A DNA stretch of 61,111 nt, counting the filler, from Dirinaria sp. TL-2023a (Eukaryota): assembly GCA_051941275.1 (NCBI GenBank). It is 11 parts of 11 records of this genome, joined end to end, with 100 filler letters (N's around TTAATTAATTAA, not from the genome) between each part and the next. Parts side by side here need not be neighbours in the genome. Positions count along the whole stretch, not along the records: positions 11,171 to 16,644 come from JAVEBF010001647.1; positions 16,745 to 22,217 come from JAVEBF010001648.1; positions 22,318 to 27,788 come from JAVEBF010001649.1; 8 more parts are not named here. One strand, written 5' to 3'. The stretch's first letter is position 1, and the number at the start of each line of letters is the position of its first letter. Below, one piece after another: positions 12,658-24,224 of the stretch. The notes beneath the pieces were generated by a model. The model worked only from the letters and a program-made list of their open reading frames with translations, had not been told where the DNA came from and made no database searches. A program made the position numbers and the translations under genes.

Positions 12658-13290
12658 TTATTCTCTGACAATCTGATACAGCCTAAGCGCAGGATAGATA
12701 TTGTTCCACGCCTGCTGCACCTCAGCCATCGACTTCGCGCCCGTGATCACGACCTTCCCCTTGGCAAAAACCAACAGCACCACACCGGGCGACTCCATCC
12801 TATACACCAGACCCGGGAAAATCTCGGGCTCGTAGCGGCAGAAGGGGAAATGCGCGCCGGAGCTGAGGCCCTCGAGGCGGATCAGCATCTGGCTGTCGGC
12901 GCTGCTGACCATGTTCTGCAGCTTCCACTCCCGGAAATGGGCCGCGTACCCGAGGCGCTGCAGCGTGCGCGCGAACTTGCGTCCCGCCAGCCGCGAGTCG
13001 TCCTCGCTGCGGGACCCCGTGACGACGACCTTTCCAGTCGAGAACACCAGGGCCGTGGATTTCGGGTCCCGGATGCGCAGGATCGCGGCCGAGAACCGTT
13101 GCGGGTTGTAGGTCGCGTTGCGGGCGTGCTGCGCTACGTGCTGCAGGTCGACGCGGCACGCCAGGTTGAATGTCGATACGACGTTTCGGACGATTGGGCC
13201 TTCGACGCTGGAAGGGGTGACGGTGGATGGGGTGGCGGCTTGGGAGGGCTGAGATCCATTCGCTTGCTGAGAGGACCGAGTGGCAGGCAT
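12658..13290 (-). CDS. Divergent TATA-box-binding protein (TBP-related paralog), 210 aa, intronless
   Basis: Two TBP pseudo-repeats: RNVVST...HARNATYNPQRF...TALVFSTGKVVVTG and QNMVSS...IRLEGL...YEPEIFPGLVYRM...LLVFAKGKVVITGAK. Complete ATG-to-stop ORF. Confidence 0.92.
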   Translation of the reverse strand: MPATRSSQQANGSQPSQAATPSTVTPSSVEGPIVRNVVSTFNLACRVDLQHVAQHARNATYNPQRFSAAILRIRDPKSTALVFSTGKVVVTGSRSEDDSRLAGRKFARTLQRLGYAAHFREWKLQNMVSSADSQMLIRLEGLSSGAHFPFCRYEPEIFPGLVYRMESPGVVLLVFAKGKVVITGAKSMAEVQQAWNNIYPALRLYQIVRE

Positions 13291-15104
13291 TTTGGGATTA
13301 GGGGGTGGCTGTCAGGGGTATTATTTCAAAAAAGAAGCTGATGCTTGAGCAAATGAAGCTGGGTTTCGCTAATTATGGTTCACTTTGGGTATTGAATGAT
13401 ATTTAAACGGGAGTAAGTAATGCACGATGTACTGTGCGTATCTAGCTAAATTTGTGGAAAAGATAGAGAGAGAAGACTCCCGAGAGAGTCTGCTCTTTAA
13501 TATCATAGAAACTAGGAGAAATCTGCTCAATAAGAAATACGCTTACCGAGACTTCTGCTCAACAAAACGGTGATCATTAATTGCTCCTAGCGAAAGATTT
13601 CGAACGGGGAACCGGAATGGAAAGCCGCTTCTCAACGAGAAATATGCCTGTTAGCCGCTCATAGCGAAGAGCCTCAAAAGGAGATTCTGAGTCAAAAAAA
13701 ACCTGGTCAACCACTCAATGGCGACGGCAGAGCCCGGAAGAGAAAATCTGACTCGGTGAGTTAGGTTTTTTTTTTTTTTTTTTCAGCAGAACCGAGCAGT
13801 CAGGCAACTGCCTCGTGATCACATAGCTCGTCGAGCACTCTGTGAACGTATTACTCGTGCTCTCGCTAATGGAAATACCACTCGCTCTGGTAAGAGTGGG
13901 TGCTCGCTGCTTGACTTGTCTAGGGGTGTATCGATTTTCTTCTTTTTCTTGTTCGTGTTACTCATAGAACTTGAACGGGTTATCTACATAACAATGGTTC
14001 TTATTGATTGAAGAGTCCATCGACATCCTGTTGATGTATTGTACCATATTCGTCCGGAGAGAACGACTGTTGGTTTGCTTGACAAGTCTCTGAAACGAGC
14101 ACCCTGCGAAGACATATGTAGGAAACAACAGTTTGAGTAACATTACATAGCGGAAGAGCCTAGAACGGGGATTCTTTAATAGGAGATTCTTTCCGAATAG
14201 AAGAGAGGCATTTAACCACCACACGTCCTGCTCGAGCAGCTCTTGCAATGTGTATTTTTCCACAAATAAACCTAAGGCTACTAAAGTAGCAGCTCACGGC
14301 AACGCAGGCTGGAAAAAGATAATAGGGAGCCAGAACTCCCGCCACTCACTCCCTATGTACTTCTACTAACAAAAGTTTTGTCACCATACTGGGTCGTAAT
14401 TCATGTTTGTAAGTGCTTTCACCGTGCTCTTCCTATGACTTGAGGAACTTCTACGGCTTCTTGAATTAAAGTCGGCTCTTGGATAATAGGTAAGCCCATC
14501 GTCATCTCGTCAAGATTGGTTAATTATGAAATATTAGAGTCGAAGGCAGTTATTCGAGGACAATCCGATGTCTGGCCTTGAAGAAAGCCCTACCGCGAGG
14601 AGACCGGGTTTTCTAAAATCCGGTCCAATCGGCCAATGGCCTTGTTCCCAACGTTGATCGGCAGCGCTTATGCAAAGTATGTACTGCGCCACATATCAGC
14701 CACAGACACTCTGTCGAGGTCAAATAATTCATCCCATTGTGAGTATAACCCGATGAGCAAGGGACGCGCATACAGCGCCCAAATCCCATTCGAACACCGA
14801 GCGCGGCATTGCTCCAAACCAATTTACAGCAAAATATTTCCGGGAACCAGAATTGCAAAATCCGGTGCAGCGGCATCTATCGGTTCGTCATTGCCGCCAA
14901 GTGGGAGAGACACAGCCCCATTATTAAGTAAGTCGAGTAGACTACAATGACCGACTATCAAACCGTGGAGAGCTCCTTCCTCAAAGTCTCTGCTATTTGT
15001 GTAATTTTCCTATATATGCCTGGAGCCTTTTGATCCCATCCTCTTCGCTTCTACAGGATCTGGAACCCTCTTGTGCTTTACAAACCGATCTTTGCACGTC
15101 AATC

Positions 15105-16626
15105 ATGTCGTATCCTCCTCAGGGTGGCTATCCCCCGTACGGAGGACAGCAACGTAAGATCGATACTGATGCCTATGAACCTTTAGGGGAAATGCTAAGG
15201 CCGCGTAGAGGGCTACGGCCAGCCTCCACCAGGCCAATATCCGCCTCAGGGCTATCCACCGCAACAGCAGGGCTACGGCGCTCCTCCGCCTCAACCATAC
15301 GGCCAGCAACAAGGATACCCACCGCAAGGACAATACCCACCTCAGCAGCAACACGGCGGCTACCCGCCTCAGCAGCAACATGCCTATCCACCACAGCAAC
15401 AACCTCCATACGGCGCACCATCACATAGCCCGTATCCCCCACAACAGCAACCATACGGTGCCCCTCCGGGCCCACATGGCCCCCCTCCAGGCCAGTACGG
15501 CGCTCCCCCGCCTCATAGTCCTCAACCCGGTTACGGTGCTCCTCCTCCATCGCATAGTCCTCAACCATATGGCCCCCCCCAACATGGCCAATATGGCGCA
15601 CAGCCGTCCGCACCGTATGGTGCCCCTCCACCTCAACCATACGGTGCCCCGCCAGCCATGCCAACCCCACCGTCCCCAGGCTACGCATCAAACCACGCAG
15701 TGCAATACGACGCCTCAATGCGTGCCGATGAACTGAGGCGAGCCATGAAAGGGTTCGGTACGGACGAATCAACTCTGATCCGCACTCTCGCCCATATCCC
15801 TGCAGTGGAGATCCCCTGTCTGAAAACCACGTACCAACAGCGCCATAACCGCAGTCTAGAAAAAGACATCGCAAGCGAAACATCGCGCTACTTCGAAGAC
15901 TGCCTCCTCTCCATCCTCCGAGGGCCCTTGCAGCAAGACATCTGGTGCCTGAACCACGCCCTGCACGGGCCCGGCACGCGGGAGAGCTGGCTGAACGACG
16001 TCCTGATCGGGCGCTCGAACGCAGACATGCACGCGATCAAGCAAGCCTATCAACAAACCTATCGGCGCTCCCTCGAAGCAGATGTGCGGGGTGACCTGAG
16101 CGCGAAGACAGAGCGGATGTTCATGATGCTGCTGGCGGGCACGCGACAGGAAGATTCGGCGCCCGTGCTCCCTCAAAACGTCGACGCAGACGTCGCCGAA
16201 CTGCACCGCGCCACGGAGGGCAGGGTCGGCACGGAGCAGCTCACCGTCTGCTCGATCCTGTCTTCGCGCTCCGACGGCCAAATCCGCGCCATCGCCCTCG
16301 CCTACGAAGCCAAGTACCACAAATCGCTCGAGAAAGTCCTCGACGCGGAGTTCGCCGGCCATATGGAGCAGGCGCTGGTGCAGATGGTGCGGTGCGGCAA
16401 GGACCGCGCCATGCGCGACGCAGAGCGCTTGGAAGACTGCATGCGTGGCGCCGGCACCAAGGACGAACGCTTGGTCGCGATCATTGTCGCCCTGCACTGG
16501 GACCGGGCACACATGTCCCAGGTTCGAGGAGCGTACAAGCACCGCTTTCGAACGGATTTGACGACGAGGATCAGGCAGGAGACGAGCGGCGATTATCAGC
16601 GCTGTTTGATTGCTATGATTGAGTAG
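15105..16626 (+). CDS. Fungal annexin (ANXC type) with long P/Q/G/Y-rich N-terminus; exons 15105-15153 and 15209-16626
   Basis: MSYPPQGGYPPYGGQQ, then intron GTAAGA...GCTAAG...TAG, then an in-frame PQGY repeat region. Four annexin repeats follow (MKGFGTDE, LHGPGTRE, EGRVGTEQ, MRGAGTKD...QETSGDY). Confidence 0.93.
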
Positions 16627-16644
16627 GCCCCGATATGTTCGGGG

Positions 16645-16744
16645 NNNNNNNNNNNNNNNNNNNNNNNNNNNNNNNNNNNNNNNNNNNNTTAATTAATTAA
16701 NNNNNNNNNNNNNNNNNNNNNNNNNNNNNNNNNNNNNNNNNNNN
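16645..16744. other. Artificial contig linker
   Basis: N44-TTAATTAATTAA-N44. Confidence 0.98.
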
Positions 16745-17620
16745 GGGTTGGGTGAGGTCGATAGGCTGAGACGGAGGAGGAGGAGGAGGTTTTGTAGCGG
16801 AGGGTACAGGCGGAGCAGCAGGGTGTCTACCCACGGGATTCGCACTGCTGGGCGGTTCATACCCAGCGCCGTATCGCTCCCTCTCCTCCTGGATCAGATC
16901 GATATACGCGAGCATGACCGCCTCCTCGTCCTCGTCCGTCAGATCCACCGCCTGCGTCTTCGTGCCGCTCTGCTCCGTCTCCTGCACGATCCCCTTACTC
17001 CTCTCCGTCCCGCTCGCGCACCCCCTTGTGATCGTCGCCCGCTTCTGCGCCGCGTCCGCGATCACGCGCCGGATATCCGTCCCGCGCCGGACTGGTGCTC
17101 CGCCTAGTTTCTGCCCGGAACCGGCATTCAGTGTCCGTCGCTGCTCAGCAGCGAGCCGTGCTCGGCGCTGCGCTTCGTGTTTCGGGATCCGGGCGGTGCC
17201 TCCCAGCGTGCGTCCTTCGGACAGGAATCCTTCGCCCGTATACCCCTTTCTCGTGAGCGTCTCGTATTCTTCGCGGAGCTGGTTCCAGAGTGTGTGGAAC
17301 GGCTCGTCGTGCGGGCCGTGCACGATGTGGCAGAGCTCGTGGAGCATCGTATCCACCACTTCCTCCAGCGGCAGGAATTTTTTCTCGTCGTAGGGATAGC
17401 GGAGTCGGAGACAGATTTTGGAGCCCTTGTTCCAGTTCAGGCCGAGGAGGTTTTTTTCCGGAGGCCAGAATTCGGACAGCGTTCCTATCCGCCACCCTCG
17501 TTGCCGCATGAGAGGTTTCACGAGCGAGGCGACTTTGCGTAGAGTGAGGAGGGCTTCGGGGGCGCGGGGGCGGAAGGTTTCGTGCGAGTATGAGGAGATT
17601 AGGGGGTCGATTTCGTGCAT
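16745..17620 (-). CDS. WSS1: Wss1-like WLM-domain zinc metalloprotease (DNA-protein crosslink repair); 3' end truncated by contig end
   Basis: Start MHEIDPLI. WLM core LLGLNWNKGSKICLRLR...TMLHELCHIVHGPH (HExxH). SHP-like boxes FLSEGRTLGG and GSGQKLGG, VIM-like RRVIADAAQKR, SIM-like VDLT/IDLT. Confidence 0.9.
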
Positions 17621-18424
17621 TTTTGCGGTTGGAGTAGCAGGCGGATAGGGAAGTGGAGTGGGACGCGGGTTGGGGGAGAGAGGTTGTAAAGGATGTGTTA
17701 GTCCGAGAGTGAATAATAGCAAAAAGGCACCAAGTGTAGCTAGGAGTTGCTGGTCACTAAAGAGAAAGGTCCCAGATTTGCTGCGGAGGTGCGAAAGGAC
17801 ACAAGAGCTGCATTCTCACAGCGACGCAGTGAGTTCCAGGCTTCCGATTTTCTCGAGAACTAGCTGTGGTGGAAATATGACAAATGGATGGTCACTAACA
17901 TTCGAGACGCGCTTATCGTTGGGTCACGTGGTGATAGCAACATCCTTGCCAAGCCCTGCCAAGATGAAGATATCCTCACTTTCAAGAGGCTTACTACACA
18001 AACATACCTTTCCCTGATGTTCTGATCCGATGACTTCAGTGATTATTTGGGATGGGCACAAAAGATGCGACCGCCATTTCAAACACGCTCACGCTTCCTT
18101 TGGTGGCTACGGACGCACCATGATAATGGTAGCAGGGCAACTGCGCTGTGCTGTCCGTACAAGTACTTAGTACAAATTCTCCTAATTGTGGTACCCCACA
18201 TAAACATGGCGAGCATGGTGTTGTTGAGGGATCCTTGAATTCTGACTGGTGTCTCGCATATCCCCCATCGCCGATCATCCAATCATTCATTCGAGAAGTC
18301 CAAGTCTCGCATATTGCGCATACATCGACTGCAGAAGTGGCTTTCATTTAGAGGCGCTTCAAGTATAGGTCATGGCATTGTGAAGCCTCTGTACTCGTCA
18401 AATTTCCTCTCATTTGACGTCCAA

Positions 18425-19510
18425 ATGATATATCTTTCGTTTTCGAGAGCATTGTTCCTTCAAATGCTATTATGTTTGCAATGTTCGAACCGTGTTTGGT
18501 CCGTCCCTGCCGCAAATGGCACTTCGTTGAGTTCCGGAGGTCTTTTGGTTCAAAATCCGCCTGTTTCCAGGTGCGTTATCGGATTCTCCTACTGGTAAAT
18601 CATGGGCTGGTTCCAATAATCACTCCTGATCCATAGTAATACCAGTCTGGGCGAATCTGTGCTCTCAACGGCATTCCGAATTATGCTGGTTGATGCTTAC
18701 CCTGCATATCGTTCACCATACTACTATCAGCAATGGCAACTGCTTTTTGACTGCATCGATATGATCTGGCAGCTGGCGCATAGGCCCTTCCATGAACCTT
18801 TGGAGCAATTCGAAACATTCAGCACATCATATCATGTGCCGAGTGTGATCGCATACATTAACGCCAAGGTCGTAGATCGCAGGCCAGCTTCGACCGTTGA
18901 ATATGCGATTCGGGCTTTTAGCGACACTGCAAAAATCGTTGCTTACGAGGACAGACTCCGTGTTCCATTTTACATAAGGCTCTATGTCGACGAATCCAAT
19001 GACTTCGTAGGACAAGGGTGCATTCTTAGAGAAACGGCAACGAATGCAACAAATTTATCGAAAATGAATGGGACTGTGGCCATACCCAGCGATCAGAAAA
19101 ACGGCGCTTTTGCCGGCGAGGTTGCTTTTCGAGCAGCCGATTTGCAGTTGATCTACCTGGGGACTGGTAAAGCGTTGATTGGAAGCCACGTCCTTCTTAT
19201 AGCGGCACGCGCGATAGCTTTCTGTGCTTATAACCCCCTTCCATGGTATGTGGCTCATAACGCAGAGTATATATTCCCAGCAACGGTGCCTGATATTCAA
19301 ATAAATATCGTGAAAGCATGGACGCAGTCACCTCTCAACAACAAGGATGTCGTTGACGCATTACGGAGTATGGCGTTCAAGATGTGGGAGAATGGTATTT
19401 TTGCTGAGGCAGACCTTGAGATAAGGACCAATGTAGCGGGCAGGCGGATACGCATTGCGACATTGCAAATCAGACACAGAATTTCAGCGGACGGATTGGC
19501 AACCAACTAG
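18425..19510 (+). CDS. Putative secreted protein (339 aa) of unknown function with a probable internal domain duplication; exons 18425-18570, 18637-19510
   Basis: Signal-peptide-like MIYLSFSRALFLQMLLCLQCSNRVWSVP. Intron GTGCGT...CTGAT...TAG joins in frame to ORF 18659-19510. N-glycosylation sequons NGT, NTS, NAT, NLS. Confidence 0.75.
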
Positions 19511-21427
19511 GCCATAGCTTCCTTTAGTTTTGAGGCTTATCCTTCTTGAAGCTAAAGATTATGCAGCATTGTATTCGAGCACTCTTCATGCAAGCACAAG
19601 CTCTTCCTTTGTCAAGCTACGAATCCCATAGTCGGGGAATCTGCGAAGTGAAAGGTCACCACCATCCTATCCTATAATACTCAACCATTTAGAACTAGGG
19701 ATTTCCGGCGCAGCGAGCTGATAAATAATCGTATGAATCAAGATTTTAAGTTGCGGGAGGTTGTCTATATTGAATAGTATTCTCCGAAGAGGTCGAGCTT
19801 GGAAAAGAATTGGCGAGAACTTGATAGTCCTTCTACTCCTATTGGCTTGCAGAGACGGGAGATGATAAAGTAAGATACCTTACTGTACTGTAGGCATAGC
19901 TGAAGCTAGTGCCACGGCGGAAAGCGGCCCGCACTCTGCCGCGCTCCTCATCCAACCGCTTAATTGGTCTTGATCTGACTCCTCGATACAATTAGAGATT
20001 TTATGCTACTTTGGCTACATGGACAGATATTATTTGAGAATAGCAAGCGAAAATTCGTATGCTATTTCACATTTGTATCTGCTTTAGTCCGGATAATACA
20101 ATCAGTCTTGCTGGTCGGCTCTGACAGCACTTGATGTAATCCCTTAACAAGATCTTACTTTGCACTTTGTGGTCCTTAAGGACACTTTCGTGGTCCCGAA
20201 GGCTCGGCCTTAGAAAAGCGCCTGACTAGCTATGGCTCTTCGCAGGCTCGACATCACCACTCCCAACGGGACGCTACGAAGCCAAGGTTCCACATATCGC
20301 GCGCAACATCTCTTTTTTGTATAACCACTGGTATCTTCTTCTTAGCGCTCCTATTGCTTATTTAGGCGTACATGTGATTCGAAGTTCAAAGTATTGATTA
20401 TGGTTAAAGAGAAAACCTTTACATCCAAGCTGCTTCAAAATGCTTTGACAGAACATAGGAGATCCGCAAGAGAATCGTCGCGCCCGAACAGCCAAAAACA
20501 AAAACAGAAAAAAATGGTCATGGTTGTTGAGGCAAAAGCTTATAATCGAGTGTGGTGCCATTTAGCAAATGTGGTATGGCGCAACATGGTCTGGGTAGCG
20601 TATATACAGTACGAAATAGGCCACCCCTATGGTGTACGTGGCATCGGATCGGTATTTCGGATAGCTTTGGATATGAAGAAAAAGGACTTGAAATTTTGGA
20701 AAGAGAGCTGATCGGTGAGGGACAAAGCGACGTCACATGAATGACTTATTTGGTATCATGTGTGACTTTGATCGAATGTACATTGGGGCGTGGGTCTAGG
20801 AGTAACCGTTTTGTCCATTGTAACGACTTATTACGGTGGTTTCAGGGTGCCGCTTCAGGGATGAAAATGTTCAACATTCCCGTGCAACACCGAAATATAT
20901 AGCACGGTCTTCTAAAAGGTGGAAGCTGTCGCTCATGCCTCACTTCGCTACCAGTAAGTTTTTGGGTTTATGGGACAAATTATGGAGGAGGCGAACGAGA
21001 GCGGCAGATAGCCAGCCAAATCCAGCCAGATTCAGCCCAGTCTGAAATGATGGATATTTGTCTTTCACCTTCCGGACGGGCAATTGGCTATAGGAGAAAG
21101 TACGAGGCGATGAAGTCAAGGGCCAAGAAGGCTTGGGACACAAAAGTACGTTAGAACTGGAGAGCGAAAGTCATTATCTGAGGCCATATTTGAGCATGAC
21201 ATGCTAGCATCTGAGTCTAAGGATAGACGACGGTTTCAGAAACATGACATGGTTTGAGTGACAGCACTGAAGGTTTAATCGATCAATGAGGGATAATCCA
21301 AGATCACGTGCCGATACTGTTTTGCCCCACCCTCATTCTCTAGCCAAGAAGGATAAGGTACAGTATCCATCAGCGATACATCCCATCTCTTGCAACCAGC
21401 ATCTTCACAATATTACAAAAGGTCAGC

Positions 21428-22217
21428 ATGTCCAACGAATCCCATGATCCCTTCCAAATCGTACGGGCCTCAATAGACAACATGATGCCCGATCTCGACA
21501 GCTTCACCGACGAGGTAAATCGCATCGCGAACTCGATCGAGAATCACTTCAAGACTGTCGCAACCTCACTTCAAGAATTCCCCATCGCAGCTTCCATTCG
21601 TGAAACAATACAAAAGACCCCCTGGCTGTATGAGAAGCCAGAATCACCGCCGCCCCCTCCAGCTTACAGCCGCGTGGTTCCATCCGGATACACTGAGGTC
21701 TGCCGGCGATGGGTGTGGGAACATCGTGCAGTGACCGCGGCAGTAGTAGCCTTTATTGGGACAGGAGCCTTTATCATCTGGCGGCAGCGCAGAGCTGACA
21801 AGGCAAAGCGCAGAGCGAAACGAGCGAAGAACGGAGCAAGGACCGAGGTCGTGGTTCTGGCAGGCTCGCCGCACTCTCCGCTCACGAAGTCTCTTGCCCT
21901 GGATCTCGAAAGACGAGGCTTCATCGTCTATATTCCCGTCAACAGCGTATCTGAGGAACGAGTAGTCAAGTCCGAAGGCCGCGGGGATATCCGGCCTTTG
22001 CAGCTCGATGTCACTTCTGTAAGCTCCTCATCAATCCAAATCGCTAATCCATCTACTCCCTACTGACAAACATCCCCCACAACAAAGGAACGATCCACAG
22101 CGACCGCCCTCTCAGACTTCACATCCTACCTCACAACCCCGCAACATGCTCTCCCAAAAACATCCCCTCACAATCTACACTTGACGTCCCTAATCCTAAT
22201 CCCGCCCCTCTCGCTGC
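21428..22217 (+). CDS. DUF1776-family fungal protein; 3' truncated; intron 22019-22087
   Basis: TM segment AVTAAVVAFIGTGAFIIW, then KRRAKRAKNGARTEVVVLAGSPHSPLTKSLALDLERRGFIVY. After the intron GTAAGC...TACTGAC...AAG it continues ERSTATALSDFTSYLTTPQH...LTSLILIP. Confidence 0.85.
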
Positions 22218-22317
22218 NNNNNNNNNNNNNNNNNNNNNNNNNNNNNNNNNNNNNNNNNNNNTTAATTAATTAANNNNNNNNNNNNNNNNNNNNNNNNNNN
22301 NNNNNNNNNNNNNNNNN
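22218..22317. other. Artificial contig linker
   Basis: N44-TTAATTAATTAA-N44. Confidence 0.98.
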
Positions 22318-22934
22318 GCTATGGGGTTTGGGGGTTTTCACCTCGATAATTCTGTATACGGACCGAGACTGCGGCTTCGCAATGCGGGGAGGAGATCTTG
22401 GTCGGATGCGGGGTATTTACGTTCACGATCTGATGCGTCGAGGGGTCGTATGATGGCCCGGCGGTGACGCGGAGCAGATATTTGTCTGCCATTGCCGGCT
22501 CTCAAAAAATAGTGGGGGTTACTGAACAGTCTTTAAAGGAGGTACTGTGATGGGCGGAAGAAGGCAAATGCTTTGCGGAAGGGAAGTACGTACGGCCGAG
22601 GCGGTTACCTACGTGACGTACTCCAGAGCAGCACACGTATATTCCGCTGTTAGAGTATACTGTGACGCCTAAGGACGGCGGTCTTGAGCGGTGAAACAAT
22701 ACTGTTCGTTGGAATTCTTGTACAAGGTCCTCTGGGAGAGAGATGGCTGAGTGCGAAGTGGTGGACCATAACATCGACGCCCAACGCTACAAACCAGATT
22801 CGCCATCCAAGCCGTTCCTGTGGCCTCAAACCACTTGCACATGGTAAACAATATCCTTGACGCCCTCGAGTTCGTGCTCGAGTCCCCCCTCGTAGTCCCC
22901 GCAAGCAGAGTCGCGGCGTCCATCGAAAAGCAAA

Positions 22935-23415
22935 TCATCGCTTCCGCTCAAACCATCCACTTGCCCCCATTACCGCCACACTTTGGTCCATGATCCACTC
23001 GCCCATCCCGAGATAGCTGTCCACCCACTTCTTCAGCTCCTTGCTCTCGGATATCTTGTCCTGGTTGACGCTAGGCCTAGGGTCCCGCAGGAGAAGGGTA
23101 TTGTCAGCTTAGCTCGTTGGCTCATAGACGGTGTTGGTATGTATTCATCCTTTCAGGATTATGGAGTCGCATCATGGGTTCAGTGCGAAAAGGGGTTTAA
23201 CGGAGAGTAGAGCCTACGTGAGACCTGTTGATCGCTTGACGCCTGCCAAGAACGCGGATACTGTTGATGGCGTTAATAGCCTAGATCGGGACGGTGAGGG
23301 AGAGAATACGCACTTAAGACGGCGTCAAATGCGTAGTGGGTTAGTCGACCTAGCTATCATGATAGTCAGCATGACGACGAAAGAGCTGTTTCGGGTTTCG
23401 ATAGGTGTTTACCAT
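22935..23415 (-). CDS. ATG44: Mitofissin (Atg44/Mdi1, formerly DUF1748), about 75 aa; exons 23415-23413, 23353-23314, 23260-23218, 23076-22935
   Basis: Spliced translation MLGRLTHYAFDAVLISAFLAGVKRSTGLTPSVNQDKISESKELKKWVDSYLGMGEWIMDQSVAVMGASGWFERKR*. Three GT-AG introns with GCTGAC/TTAAC branch sites. Confidence 0.88.
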
Positions 23416-24224
23416 GGTGAGGAGCGGTGGGACCAAGGTCGATCAAGGAGGCTTCAGGTGCAAGATGATGCGAGAGCTCAAGGAGACTCCAAAGTTTGCC
23501 TCTTTGGACAGCTTGAGGTGTAGATGGCTGTTCAGTCGAGCATGTGGCTGGTGGCTTGCAATACAATACAATACTAAAGTAGTACTGCTGCTTTGCTGCT
23601 CTCAGTCTCAAGCGTCAGTCAGGTAGCACTTGTTCAGCCTTACCGGTCTTGGCGCTTCAACCATCCTTTACCGGAGTAACGCCGTGCAGACCACGCTAAT
23701 TACTCGACCGCGTTACCATCCAAAGCTCCCACCGCGCTTCGTCATTCGGCCCGAGCTGCTCCTTCCAAATGTACAGTAACGTAAGCGAGGGAAAGTATGT
23801 GCCCGAGTGTAGCTCGCCTTGCTTTTGCCTGATCCATTGGGCCATTGGCTGCTCAACAGCTCGCTGGAGTTTCTTTTTTTTGCCCTTTTACGTAGGGATA
23901 TCAATGTGTATTCGGATATCTTCGAGCTTGTGAATTCATTCTCGCAGCCTCATAAGAAGGGGAATTTTAGATTCCTGAAGGATCGAGCGATCAAGGGCTA
24001 CAGGCTCCTTCAAAAAGGTATGATTCGCTCTCCGAGAAACACTCCGCTCCACCGAAGCCGCAGCACCTGTGACGAATGCTGACAGCTCGATGTATGATTA
24101 GTATCGCGGACCTTTTCTTCCCGACCGCAAAGCCTGATATCCACATAACCGTGGCTATCGTCGCACAGCAGTGAAGAAGAGTAGACGGTATCGTGCAGTA
24201 GAGAGAAAGAGAGCGCAATTCAGC

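Noticed and set aside
12553..13341. 262-aa plus-strand ORF overlapping the TBP-like gene
   Set aside because: Antisense shadow of a GC-rich coding sequence, with no recognisable motifs.
13500..14480. Imperfect direct/inverted repeats and a 101-aa ORF upstream of the TBP-like gene
   Set aside because: Matches are short and depend on poly-A/T runs; no definable element ends or gene model.
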